The notes: generated by a model not told the origin, from the sequence alone. A stretch of DNA of 42,875 nt from an uncultured Ruminococcus sp. (GCA_902797235.1 CADBSB010000055.1:1-42875), one strand, 5' to 3'; counted from the stretch's first letter, positions 7,778 to 16,846 are shown. Made by a program: numbers and translations.

Positions 7778-8728
7778 ATGGAAAACACGCGTACGGCGGG
7801 CAGAGAAAAACTCATCGCCATGATAAACGAGATAGAAAAAGTAATCGTCGGTAAAAGAGAGCAGATAGTTCTTCTTGTGACGGCGCTTCTGTCGGGCGGT
7901 CACGTTCTTATAGAGGACGTTCCCGGCACGGGCAAAACCACACTTGCGGCGACGCTTGCCGCGGTCTGCGGCCTTTCCTTCAAGCGCGCGCAGTTCACGC
8001 CGGACGTCATGGCGTCCGACATAACGGGCTTCAATATGTATAACCGCCAGAAGGAGCGTTTTGAATTCATAGAAGGTCTTGCGATGTGCAACATCATGCT
8101 CGCGGACGAGATAAACCGCGCCTCGCCGAAAACGCAGTCGGCTCTGCTTGAAGCGATGGAGGAGGGCAACGTCACGGTAGACGGCAAATCGTACCCCCTG
8201 CCCGATCCGTTTTTCGTCATAGCTACGCAGAACCCGACGGGCTTCGTCGGCACGTACCCGCTGCCAGAGGCTCAGCTCGACCGTTTCTCCGTCAGGCTTT
8301 CGCTCGGCTATCCGCAGCCGTCCGAGGAGGTGCGCATCATTTCCGAGCGCCGCGGCAAAAACCCGCTTGAGGACGTGCGCAAGGTAACGGACGCGGACGA
8401 GCTCAAAACGATGATAAAAGAAGTCTCCGAATTATACATAGACGACAGGATATACGAATACGTCGTAAACCTCGTATCGCAGACGCGCACGTCCGAGGAT
8501 CTGCTCCTCGGAGCGAGCCCGCGCGCCTCGCTCATAATTTCGAGGATGGCGCAGGCGACGGCGTACATGATAGGCAGAAGCTACGTCGTGCCCGAGGATA
8601 TAGCCGGCGTGTTCATCCCCGTGGTGTCGCACAGGATCCAGCTGAAGCGCGAGACAAAGCTTTCCGGCGTGACCGCCGAAAAGATACTGTTCGATATAAT
8701 AAAGAAAACAGCCGTACCGTTAATCTGA
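7778..8728 (+). CDS. MoxR-family AAA+ ATPase
   Basis: Walker A DVPGTGKTT, Walker B MLADEINRA and ATQNP segment. The length of 316 aa is typical of the MoxR/AAA_3 family. Confidence 0.93.
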   Translation: MENTRTAGREKLIAMINEIEKVIVGKREQIVLLVTALLSGGHVLIEDVPGTGKTTLAATLAAVCGLSFKRAQFTPDVMASDITGFNMYNRQKERFEFIEGLAMCNIMLADEINRASPKTQSALLEAMEEGNVTVDGKSYPLPDPFFVIATQNPTGFVGTYPLPEAQLDRFSVRLSLGYPQPSEEVRIISERRGKNPLEDVRKVTDADELKTMIKEVSELYIDDRIYEYVVNLVSQTRTSEDLLLGASPRASLIISRMAQATAYMIGRSYVVPEDIAGVFIPVVSHRIQLKRETKLSGVTAEKILFDIIKKTAVPLI

Positions 8729-8730
8729 CA

Positions 8731-9987
8731 ATGAAAAACAAAAGCAAGTTCAGGCCGCAGAAAAAAAGCTTCAAGCTTACGTCCGCCTTCGTTGTGTGGA
8801 TAGCGGTGTTCGTTGTCGCCGTCGTGTTCACGCAGGCTCTGCGCAATTCCGTATCCTTTATATTCATCATAGTGGTCACGGCGCTTCCGTTTGCGGATTT
8901 AGCTTACGGCTTCCTCGCCCGCAGCGCCGTTACGGCGGATCTGAAATGCAGCGCGGAATCCGTTGAGAAAAACTCGCCGGTGCCGATAACGCTTACGGTA
9001 AAAAACAAATATATAATACCCGTGCCGTTTACGGAGGCGGAGCTTATTCTGCCGGACGCGAACGCCCTGTCGAGCGTCGATTCCGTCATAGCCGCGCCTC
9101 TTCCGTCCAAGGGCGAGTACGTTTACGACAAAAACGTGTCGTTTTTATACAAGGGCGAATACAGCTGCGGGATCAAGGGCTTATACGTTTACAGCCTTTT
9201 CCGTTTTTTCAGATTCAAGCTCGATCAGAGCAGATGTAAAAGCATAATCGTTCTGCCGCAGCGCGTCACGGTCGACGACATACCGCAGAGGTACGTAAAC
9301 GAAACGTCCGCCGTGTCGGGCGCGCCGGTAAAGGGCGCGGACAGCGCGGAGATAACGGAAATAAAGGAATACGTGCCGGGCGACCCGATAAGGAACATAC
9401 ACTGGAAGCTTTCCACAAAGGCGCAGGAGCTTATGACAAAGCACTTCGGCTCCGAAAACGGGCTCTGCACCTGCGTCATCTCCGATTCCGGCAGATTTTT
9501 CAAGCCGAATCCGGAAAAGACGAACGATATAAACGAATACTGCGACGACGCCGTGTGCGAGCTTTGCTGCTTCGCCGCGTCGGAAAGCCTGCTGAAAGGC
9601 AGGACAACGTCGCTCGTCTACCCCGACGACCGCGGGCAGAAGATAACGCGGAAAACGTTTGAGGAAAAACCGGCGTTTGAGGAATATCTGCCGGCGTACG
9701 CCTCGGCGCGCCTGACGACGCCCGTGCCCCCGAAAAAGCTTATGGAATATTCGATAGAGGGGACGGACAACGACATAATCTACGTCACCTCACAGCTTAC
9801 CGGGGAAAAAGTCGCGGCTCTGAGCGAGGCGCAGTCCGTAAACCGCGCCGTCACGCTTTTACTGTTCGAGCCGTTTTCAAGGCTTGAAAACGCCGCCGAG
9901 GTAAAGGCGAAGAACGACGCGCTGATAAACGAGCTTGCCGCCGCCAACGTCGGCGTGCGCAGGATAAGCGAAAAAGAGTTATCATAA
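8731..9987 (+). CDS. DUF58 domain protein (MoxR-associated) with N-terminal TM helices
   Basis: Signature EYVPGDPIRNIHWKLSTK. It lies immediately downstream of moxR with a 2 nt gap. Confidence 0.85.
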   Translation: MKNKSKFRPQKKSFKLTSAFVVWIAVFVVAVVFTQALRNSVSFIFIIVVTALPFADLAYGFLARSAVTADLKCSAESVEKNSPVPITLTVKNKYIIPVPFTEAELILPDANALSSVDSVIAAPLPSKGEYVYDKNVSFLYKGEYSCGIKGLYVYSLFRFFRFKLDQSRCKSIIVLPQRVTVDDIPQRYVNETSAVSGAPVKGADSAEITEIKEYVPGDPIRNIHWKLSTKAQELMTKHFGSENGLCTCVISDSGRFFKPNPEKTNDINEYCDDAVCELCCFAASESLLKGRTTSLVYPDDRGQKITRKTFEEKPAFEEYLPAYASARLTTPVPPKKLMEYSIEGTDNDIIYVTSQLTGEKVAALSEAQSVNRAVTLLLFEPFSRLENAAEVKAKNDALINELAAANVGVRRISEKELS

Positions 9988-12860
9988 TGAAAAATAATAA
10001 GAAAGAAAAAGACAGCGGGCTGATCAGCGCTTCAAGCGTGGGGCTTGTTCAGAAAACGGGCGTACCGGGGATAATTTTCGGTATGCTTTGCCGTTTTGCC
10101 GTCGCTTACGTCGGCGTATGCGGCGTGTGCCTCATGCTTGACGACGCGTTCGGCTTCTTCAACGGGGCCTCCGACCCCGGCCGCGTGTTTTTTCTTTCTT
10201 TTGTCTTTTGCGCCGCGTTCTTCCTGTTTTTCACGGCCGCCAACACAAACGGCGTGGCGTTCGGCCTCGCGGCGCTCGCTCTCGTCGTCGCGCTCGTCGT
10301 AATAGATATGCAGAACGGGTTCCGCCACGCGGTCGTCAACATACCGCTTTCGGCGTGGAACCATATACTTACGCGGCTCGATTCGCTCGGCTACACGTCG
10401 CTGAACGGTCTTTTGTCGACGATACCGGAGACTAACCCGCGCACGGCGGACGGTATGTTATACACTCTCAAAGCGTTCCGCTCCTTTATCGCGCTCGTAT
10501 CCTTCGTATTCGTGTCCTGCACGTACAAAAGGGTGAGGGTGGTCCCCATCATCATAACCGCGGGCATAGTCATGACCGTGACGTTCACGTACAACATCCT
10601 TACGAACAATATCGGATTTATGCTGACCGTTTCGTCCGGTCTCGGCATAGTCGTTATGAAATACAGCGACGTTTTCGCAAAGTCCGAGCGGCTGGCGGAC
10701 AAAAAAGCCAAGCTGCGCTTTTTCGCAAAGCGCCGGCTCCAGGTCACGCACGCGTCGACGCGCGGTTTCGCGTCGTTTATCGCCATGGCGATCGTCTTCT
10801 CGATAGCGATATATCCGGCGATAATGATAAACAGACCTTTCCCGGAGCTTACGGTGTTCAGCAACTTCATGGAGGACGCAAGAGACTTTCTGGGCTCCTA
10901 TCTTACGGTCCAGGGCGGCGCGGGCGACGATTCGGACGCGGCGCACAAAAGCACGCAGCCGACGCCGCGCCAGTATAAGAACAGGCGCGTAATGACGGTC
11001 AGCGCCTCGTCCTCCTCTCCTCTGTATTTACGCGCGTGGGCGGGCGAGGAGTACAGGAACAATCAATGGTATTCGGCAAGGGACAACTCCGCGTCGATTC
11101 TGCCCGAGCAGATAACGGAGCTGTTTTATACGATAGTTGACGTTGACTGTAACGTCCTGTCAACGCAGTACCTTGCGGACACGGCGACGATGAAGCGCGG
11201 CTTCGTAAAAGAGTTCGTTACGGTAAAGAGCACGTCGCTGCGCGGTTACAGGGGCTATCTGCCGAGCCGCTTTTCGACTATCTACGGTCTGACAGACCCG
11301 TCGGACATGAACGCGAAATACGTTGCCGGCTATACGCTGATGAACGGCACCGGCATGGCTGACGTCTCGATGAAGGACGCGTATTACGGCGCCGTCTCCT
11401 ACGCGCCGAACTACAAGAGCGTGTCGCTCTCGCGCCTTGACAAGGATATGACCGTATACAGGCTTGTACGTCCTTATATTTATCAATATATCGTGCAGCG
11501 TCTGTATTCGGGCATCGGCACGGACGAGGTCGAGGAATGGCTCAGGGAAGCGAAAAAGCAGATACTTGATGACGCGGCGGCGGCGGGCGTCGACATACCG
11601 GCGGGCTGTCTGATAAACCGCATAGCCGATATGAGCAACAATGACCTGGAGAAGCTGTATAATCTGATGAACGAGGCGGATCAGTACGAGGCGCGCGTTT
11701 ATTCGACGTGCCTGTCCGTACCGTGGAGCGAGCAGAGCGCCATATCTGACGCCGCGTCGCAGGCGTTTTCGGGTCTCAGAATAAACGGCGTTGACGTGTT
11801 CGATATAGATATAAGCTCGAGCAGTATATTCGATCCGGAGTCGTCATACTACCTCTACGGTCTGCGCTTCTCCGACGTTTACACCTGCGCCGACAAGGCG
11901 GCGAGGTATCTTGCAAAAACGTGCGAGTACGAGCTTGAACCGCACGGTTACGACCAGAACGGCTATTACGCGAGCCAGTTCCTTACGACCGCGAGAAACG
12001 GCTACTGCGTGCAGTACGCCACGGCGGGCGCTCTTATGCTCCGCTGCGTCGGCATACCGACGAGATACGTGGACGGCTACCTTGCGTCCGATCTCTCCTA
12101 CAGCGGCGGCGCTTATACCGGCACGGTATACGACAGAAACGCCCACGCGTGGGTAGAGGTATATATAAGCGGCTACGGCTGGATGACGTTTGAAATGACG
12201 GGACCGATGATGGAAGGCATTTACGCCTCGTCGACGCCGTCCGTTATACCGGACGACACCACATCCCCCGTCACGACGGACATATATACCGACACGGAGA
12301 CGACGAGGGGTACAGACACCGTGACGACCGACATACCCGGTTCAAACACCGACACGACAGATATAATATCCGAAACGACGGGACCGGTAACGCCCGGCGA
12401 CAACACGGCGAAGCGCGTGATAATAACCGTCGCCGTCATATTCGCCGTACTGCTTCTGATCTCGACCGCGGTGTATCTGTACCTGAGAAAAACGACGGTA
12501 AGGCACAGGAAATTCATGAGGCGGCTCGAAAAAGCCGCGGCGGGCGGCTCGTCCGAGCCCGGACGCGACATAGACCGCGCGGGCAAATACATACTGTTCC
12601 TGTTATCGCTTTCAAAGCTCATACGCGGCAATAACGAGCTTATGACGGAATTCGTTTCACGCGTCGACGCTCTTACGGGCGGCGACCCGGGCTTTTCCGG
12701 CGCGGCCGGGGCGATGCAGAAAAACTCCTTCGGTCACTGCGCCGACGAAAACGACGCGAAGGACGCCGCGGAATACGCGCTGTACCTGCGCGCGTTCACT
12801 CTGCGCCGCCTGTCCGGTTTCAATAAATTCTATTTTGTGAAATTGAGGAAGCTGATATGA
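9987..12860 (+). CDS. Polytopic membrane transglutaminase-like protein (TgpA-like)
   Basis: Cys-His core contexts GYCVQYATAGALMLR and NAHAWVEVY. Multiple N-terminal TM helices, a Thr/Asp-rich linker, and a late TM followed by a cytoplasmic tail. The start overlaps the DUF58 stop. Confidence 0.88.
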   Translation: MKNNKKEKDSGLISASSVGLVQKTGVPGIIFGMLCRFAVAYVGVCGVCLMLDDAFGFFNGASDPGRVFFLSFVFCAAFFLFFTAANTNGVAFGLAALALVVALVVIDMQNGFRHAVVNIPLSAWNHILTRLDSLGYTSLNGLLSTIPETNPRTADGMLYTLKAFRSFIALVSFVFVSCTYKRVRVVPIIITAGIVMTVTFTYNILTNNIGFMLTVSSGLGIVVMKYSDVFAKSERLADKKAKLRFFAKRRLQVTHASTRGFASFIAMAIVFSIAIYPAIMINRPFPELTVFSNFMEDARDFLGSYLTVQGGAGDDSDAAHKSTQPTPRQYKNRRVMTVSASSSSPLYLRAWAGEEYRNNQWYSARDNSASILPEQITELFYTIVDVDCNVLSTQYLADTATMKRGFVKEFVTVKSTSLRGYRGYLPSRFSTIYGLTDPSDMNAKYVAGYTLMNGTGMADVSMKDAYYGAVSYAPNYKSVSLSRLDKDMTVYRLVRPYIYQYIVQRLYSGIGTDEVEEWLREAKKQILDDAAAAGVDIPAGCLINRIADMSNNDLEKLYNLMNEADQYEARVYSTCLSVPWSEQSAISDAASQAFSGLRINGVDVFDIDISSSSIFDPESSYYLYGLRFSDVYTCADKAARYLAKTCEYELEPHGYDQNGYYASQFLTTARNGYCVQYATAGALMLRCVGIPTRYVDGYLASDLSYSGGAYTGTVYDRNAHAWVEVYISGYGWMTFEMTGPMMEGIYASSTPSVIPDDTTSPVTTDIYTDTETTRGTDTVTTDIPGSNTDTTDIISETTGPVTPGDNTAKRVIITVAVIFAVLLLISTAVYLYLRKTTVRHRKFMRRLEKAAAGGSSEPGRDIDRAGKYILFLLSLSKLIRGNNELMTEFVSRVDALTGGDPGFSGAAGAMQKNSFGHCADENDAKDAAEYALYLRAFTLRRLSGFNKFYFVKLRKLI

Positions 12861-13270
12861 CGCTTGACTTAAAAGCGGTGACCGAAATGAACGGCACCTC
12901 TCTCGCCTACGCGGGCGACGCGGTAGTGGAGCTTTTCGTCAGGACTTCCCTGTTATCCCTCGGCGTGACGGACACGGGGCGGTATAACGAGCTTGCGCTT
13001 CACTTCGTCACGGCGCGCGCGCAGTCGGAGGCGTACGCTAAGATAGAGCCGGAGCTGTCCGACGGTGAAAAGGAGATACTGAAACGCGGCAGGAACGCCA
13101 AGCTCACTCACCGTCCGAAGAACCAGACGCAGTCGGATTACCGCCGCGCCACGGGCTTTGAGGCGCTTATGGGGTACCTGTATCTGACCGGAAATGTAAA
13201 AAGAGCCGAAGAATTGTTCAAAAAAGCATATATAGATATAATCGACGGTATTGCACACAAGAACTTATAA
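12857..13270 (+). CDS. mrnC: Mini-ribonuclease III (23S rRNA maturation)
   Basis: LAYAGDAVVELFVR ... KRGRNAKLTHRPKN ... YRRATGFEALMGYLYL match the Mini-III pattern. An ATGA overlap joins it to the preceding gene. Confidence 0.9.
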   Translation: MTLDLKAVTEMNGTSLAYAGDAVVELFVRTSLLSLGVTDTGRYNELALHFVTARAQSEAYAKIEPELSDGEKEILKRGRNAKLTHRPKNQTQSDYRRATGFEALMGYLYLTGNVKRAEELFKKAYIDIIDGIAHKNL

Positions 13271-13302
13271 AAAAATTTACAAATAATATCCGCTGAATTG
13301 TA

Positions 13303-13332
13303 TTGACAAAATAAGGCATTTTATAATATAAT
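13303..13332 (+). promoter_or_regulatory. Sigma-A promoter upstream of rpmH
   Basis: TTGACA (13303-13308), an 18 nt spacer, then TATAAT (13327-13332). Confidence 0.55.
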
Positions 13333-13441
13333 AAGCGTTGCCTGCCGACAAAGGCAACGGCGCATATTTTTAATTATATCGATGCGTTAATCGGGGCATC
13401 GGGATATAATATATCAATCCGTAAAAAAGGAGGCAAAAAAG

Positions 13442-13576
13442 ATGCTCAGAACATACCAGCCCAAGAAGCGTCAGCGCAAAAGAGAGCACGGCTTCAGAAA
13501 AAGAATGGCTACCGCTAACGGCAGAAAGGTTCTTAAAAGAAGACGCGCAAAAGGCAGAGAAAGACTGACCTATTGA
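13442..13576 (+). CDS. rpmH: 50S ribosomal protein L34
   Basis: Not in the ORF track (44 aa). My translation is [51 protein letters not shown] lies 9 nt upstream. Confidence 0.95.
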   Translation: MLRTYQPKKRQRKREHGFRKRMATANGRKVLKRRRAKGRERLTY

Positions 13577-13606
13577 TTCGCTTGATTTGGCTTTACGCCG
13601 CTGTTA

Positions 13607-13631
13607 AACCTCTGCTAAACAGGGGTTTTTT
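13607..13631 (+). terminator. Hairpin plus T-run between rpmH and rnpA (partial terminator or attenuator)
   Basis: AACCTCTG-CTAAA-CAGGGGTT followed by TTTT. The stem has 8 bp including one G-U pair. Confidence 0.55.
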
Positions 13632-13653
13632 AGTTAAAACTTTTTAGTTCCAG

Positions 13654-14049
13654 ATGAAATATTACACGCTTAAGGAAAATCATCTTTTCGCAAAAGCTTA
13701 CAGGAGTACAAAACGTGCCGGCGGAAAATATATAAGCGTTTACGTTATGCCCGATTATCATGCTGCGCGTTTACAGCGGGCCCATCCACTCAAATTGAGG
13801 ATCAACCGTGTCGGTATATCCGTCACGAAAAAGCTCGGCGTCGCGGTCAAGCGTAACCGTGTCAAACGGATAATACGCGAGGCCTATTACAAAGCATTGA
13901 AAACGTATGATATGAAGACCGGCCGAATAATCGTCATCGCGGCAAGGACCGCCGCCGTTTATGCGAAAACGGACGATATTTACAGGGATCTGGCCGCCGC
14001 GCTGATACAGCTCGGCGTCGCGTCGGAGAAGGAAGGTACCGAAGGATGA
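13654..14049 (+). CDS. rnpA: Ribonuclease P protein component
   Basis: Small basic protein (LKENHLFAKAY...GISVTKKLG.AVKRNRVKRIIREAY) in the conserved position after rpmH. Confidence 0.92.
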   Translation: MKYYTLKENHLFAKAYRSTKRAGGKYISVYVMPDYHAARLQRAHPLKLRINRVGISVTKKLGVAVKRNRVKRIIREAYYKALKTYDMKTGRIIVIAARTAAVYAKTDDIYRDLAAALIQLGVASEKEGTEG

Positions 14050-14297
14050 GCAGAATATTCATGTTTTTGATCGACTTCTACCGGAAATACCTCTCCGGGC
14101 TGAAAAGCCACCCCACCTGCAAATATTACCCCACTTGCTCTGAATACGGCTATGAATGTATCAAAATTCACGGATGGTTCATAGGGTCTTTTCTCGCGCT
14201 CTGGCGCATACTGCGCTGTAACCCGTTCAGCAAAGGCGGCGTCGATTACCCGCCCGAAAAAAGATTAAAGATGATAAGACCGAAAGAAAAGTCTTAA
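14046..14297 (+). CDS. yidD: Membrane protein insertion efficiency factor YidD
   Basis: Motif CKYYPTCSEYGYECIKIHG. ATGA overlap with rnpA. Confidence 0.92.
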   Translation: MSRIFMFLIDFYRKYLSGLKSHPTCKYYPTCSEYGYECIKIHGWFIGSFLALWRILRCNPFSKGGVDYPPEKRLKMIRPKEKS

Positions 14298-14314
14298 AAC
14301 GAAAGGATGAACTG

Positions 14315-15544
14315 ATGAGTACCATTCTCGGATATCTGGCGGAAGGACTTAAATATCTGATGATCTTCTGCGACAAGATAAGCGGTCAGAACTACTGGCT
14401 GTCGTTATTCCTGTTCGCGCTTATAGTAAAGCTGATCCTCTTTCCGTTCGGTATCAAACAACAGAGAAGCCAGCAGAAGCTGGCAAAGCTACGCCCTAAG
14501 GAAGAGGCGATAAGAAGAAAATACAGGGACAGAAACGACCAGGAATCTCAGCGTAAGATGAACGAGGAGATCCAGGCGATGTACCGTGAGGAAAAGTACA
14601 GCCAGTTCGGCGGCTGTCTGCCCATGCTTTTGCAGATGCCCATACTTTTCTCGCTTTACTACATCATTCAGAACCCCCTGCACTACCTCTGCCAGTTCGG
14701 CAAGGGTCAGATAGAGGTCATAATGGAGACCTTCCACAGACTGACGGGCTACGCAAGCGCGTCGACATACCAGAACCTGACGATAAAAGCGACGAGCTTT
14801 TTATCGGACGCGGCTAACCGTCAGGCGCTGATAAACGCGCTGCCGGTAGACGGCTCCGTTCCCACGGGCGCGGTGAGCGCGGCGGGCACGGCGTTCGCAA
14901 ACTACGCGGATTTCAGAGCGGACCTCGTCACGCAGCTCACGGAAAAGAGCTACCCCAACTTCAAGCTGTTCGGATTTATCGACCTGTCGGTAACGCCGAG
15001 CGAGCAGATCTGGTGGTATATCTTAATACCGATAGTAACGTTCGGCATACTGCTTCTGACCGCCAAGCTGCAAAAGAAATTCACGTACCAGCCGCTCTCC
15101 GCGGAGCTTCAGCAGAAGAACTTCTCGATGAAGCTCATGGAATACATGATGCCCGCCATCTCCGCGGTGTTCGCGTTCTCGCTGCCGTCAGCTCTGGCGC
15201 TGTACTGGATCTACCAGAACATACTCGGCTTCGGCCAGCAGGTGATACTCGCCAAGATGTTCCCCACGCCCAAAATGACGGACGCGGAGATCAAGGAAGC
15301 GCTGCGTGAAGCCGACAGGCAGGAATACGAGCGCAAGAAGGCCGAGGAAAAACGCAAGAAATCGATCCACGAGGAAGACGTGGCCATGTCCGAGGCCAAC
15401 CACGGCACCGGTATACCGGAGGGCTGGGTAGAGCCTATGGGTCCGTCTTCGGCAAACAAAGACAACCCCTCCGCGCAGTCGGGCAAAAAGCACAAGTCCA
15501 TACAGCGCGCGGAAATGAAAAAGGATAAAAAGGAGGACGAGTGA
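14315..15544 (+). CDS. yidC: YidC/SpoIIIJ/Oxa1 membrane insertase with a long, highly charged C-terminal tail
   Basis: Conserved QQKL..L.P....I..KY and LPMLLQMPILF segments, multiple TM helices, and a Lys/Glu-rich tail of roughly 90 aa. Confidence 0.92.
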   Translation: MSTILGYLAEGLKYLMIFCDKISGQNYWLSLFLFALIVKLILFPFGIKQQRSQQKLAKLRPKEEAIRRKYRDRNDQESQRKMNEEIQAMYREEKYSQFGGCLPMLLQMPILFSLYYIIQNPLHYLCQFGKGQIEVIMETFHRLTGYASASTYQNLTIKATSFLSDAANRQALINALPVDGSVPTGAVSAAGTAFANYADFRADLVTQLTEKSYPNFKLFGFIDLSVTPSEQIWWYILIPIVTFGILLLTAKLQKKFTYQPLSAELQQKNFSMKLMEYMMPAISAVFAFSLPSALALYWIYQNILGFGQQVILAKMFPTPKMTDAEIKEALREADRQEYERKKAEEKRKKSIHEEDVAMSEANHGTGIPEGWVEPMGPSSANKDNPSAQSGKKHKSIQRAEMKKDKKEDE

Positions 15545-15562
15545 TACTCGCCCGGGTAGGAT

Positions 15563-16204
15563 ATGAAGAAAGAAATTATTAAGACCGCTCCTACGGTGGA
15601 AGCCGCGGTCAAGGCGGCTTGCGACGAGCTCGGCGTTACGGAAAACGACGTATCGTACGAGATACTCGTACAGCCCAAAAAGGGATTTTTGGGAATAGGC
15701 TCCTCTGACGCGAAGGTAAGGATAGAATACACGATCAAACCGTCTTTATCCGCTCTTGATTTTGCAAAAACGCTGCTCAAAAACATGGAGATCGAGGCCG
15801 AGGTCAAGACCGACGTGCGCGATAACGGCGAATATCTCATCAATATCGACGGCGAAGAGGCCGGCGTTCTGATCGGCCACCACGGCGAGACGCTCGACGC
15901 CTTGCAGTACCTGTGCAATTTAGCGGCGAACAAGAAGGAAAACGAGGACGACGACAGAGAGTATACAAGGATAGTCGTCGACATTTCCGGCTACCGCGCA
16001 AAGAGAGAAGAAACGCTCCGCACGCTTGCGAGAAGAACGGCGGAAAAGGCTCTCAAATACAAGCGCAGCATTTCCCTTGAACCGATGCCCAGCCACGAGA
16101 GACGCATAATCCACTCCGAGGTGCAGAAGATAGAGGGAGTTACGACGAACTCGATAGGCACGGAAAACAACAGAAGAGTTGTAATAATACCGGAAAAGAA
16201 CTAA
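15563..16204 (+). CDS. jag: Jag/KhpB RNA-binding protein (KH and R3H domains)
   Basis: GHHGETLDALQYL (KH-like) and C-terminal EPMPSHERRIIH (R3H). Conserved position after yidC. Confidence 0.9.
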   Translation: MKKEIIKTAPTVEAAVKAACDELGVTENDVSYEILVQPKKGFLGIGSSDAKVRIEYTIKPSLSALDFAKTLLKNMEIEAEVKTDVRDNGEYLINIDGEEAGVLIGHHGETLDALQYLCNLAANKKENEDDDREYTRIVVDISGYRAKREETLRTLARRTAEKALKYKRSISLEPMPSHERRIIHSEVQKIEGVTTNSIGTENNRRVVIIPEKN

Positions 16205-16215
16205 TGATGCAGGGC

Positions 16216-16240
16216 GGGCGAGCAATGCTCGCCCCTGTTT
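16216..16240 (+). terminator. Hairpin after jag (probable terminator with a weak T-run)
   Basis: GGGCGAGC-AAT-GCTCGCCC followed by CTGTTT. Confidence 0.5.
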
Positions 16241-16376
16241 AGTTATATTCGGCTGACGCCGAGTTATATTTGCTTCGCAAGTTATATTCGCCTTCGGCGA
16301 GTTATATTTGGCTGACGCCAAGTTATATTCGCCTTCGGTAACCCCGGCGCGGTCCCCCTTCCCCAAAAGGGGAAGG
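16241..16376. repeat. Intergenic mosaic repeat, locus C (inverted orientation relative to locus A)
   Basis: Five GTTATATT linkers (16242, 16263, 16281, 16301, 16322) separated by stem-loops TCGGC/GCCGA, TTGC/GCAA, TCGCC/GGCGA and TTGGC/GCCAA. Terminal hairpin CCTTCCCC-AAAA-GGGGAAGG at 16357-16376. Confidence 0.85.
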
Positions 16377-16494
16377 TATAAAAGATCGCTGGCACCTTAT
16401 AATATATAAAACGCGCAAAATGAAGTGCGGGCGGCGGCAAAATGCAAAAAAGAGGGTCTGAGAAAAATTTTTTGAAGAAATTTGCAAAAAGGGC

Positions 16495-16523
16495 TTGACA
16501 AAACTTCAAAACTGTGTTATACT
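16495..16523 (+). promoter_or_regulatory. Sigma-A promoter of the T-box leader
   Basis: TTGACA, a 17 nt spacer, then TATACT with TG at the extended -10 position. Confidence 0.7.
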
Positions 16524-16529
16524 CTCCGC

Positions 16530-16806
16530 AACAACCGTTGACGGAGACGAGTAACGTCGGTCGATTCGGTACAGCGAGCCGCGGATGGTGTGAGCGCGGA
16601 GCGATAGTCGATGTGAATGGACTTCGGAGGGCGGGGCTGAACGCTTTTTGCAAGTATGCTCCGACGGGGTGCGCTCCCGTTACCAGCAGCGCGCGTATGT
16701 ATGTACGTTATGAGCAGGAGACGCAAGTCTCAATTTGGGTGGTACCGCGGATATTATTATTCGTCCCAAGCATGATAAATCATGCCGGGGATTTTTTGTT
16801 TTTTAC
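16530..16806 (+). promoter_or_regulatory. T-box riboswitch leader, specifier codon UGG (tRNA-Trp)
   Basis: Stem I elements: ACGAGTAA (16547-16554), AG bulge ACAGCGAG (16571-16578) and distal loop GGTGTGAG (16587-16594). Specifier loop GTGAA-TGG-A with TGG at 16618-16620. T-box AATTTGGGTGGTACCGCG at 16732-16749. The antiterminator has the canonical 7-nt bulge TGGTACC. A competing terminator sits at 16764-16791, followed by TTTTTTGTTTTTT. Confidence 0.9.
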
Positions 16807-16846
16807 CCGACGTGAAAAAAATTCAAATGAAAGGAAGAAAAACAAA

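Noticed and set aside
13271-13441. An oriC-like or riboswitch-like element upstream of rpmH: an 8 bp hairpin at 13336-13359 and a second hairpin at about 13392-13413
   Set aside because: I could not find a dnaA gene or a cluster of DnaA boxes. The first hairpin overlaps the predicted transcription start, so its presence in the RNA is uncertain. There is not enough evidence for a regulatory call.
15211-15984. A 257 aa minus-strand ORF antisense to yidC and jag. Similar long antisense ORFs occur at 5065-5706, 451-1122, 19788-20402, 32104-32625 and 39598-40077.
   Set aside because: All are antisense to genes with clear family motifs. Their composition is skewed (Ser/Arg/Ala-rich) and they have no start-site signals. 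They are shadow ORFs.
16514-16846. N-terminal 111-codon extension of the substrate-binding protein ORF
   Set aside because: This stretch is the T-box leader, including its terminator and T-run. A lipoprotein signal peptide begins at the internal ATG at 16847, which has its own ribosome-binding site.
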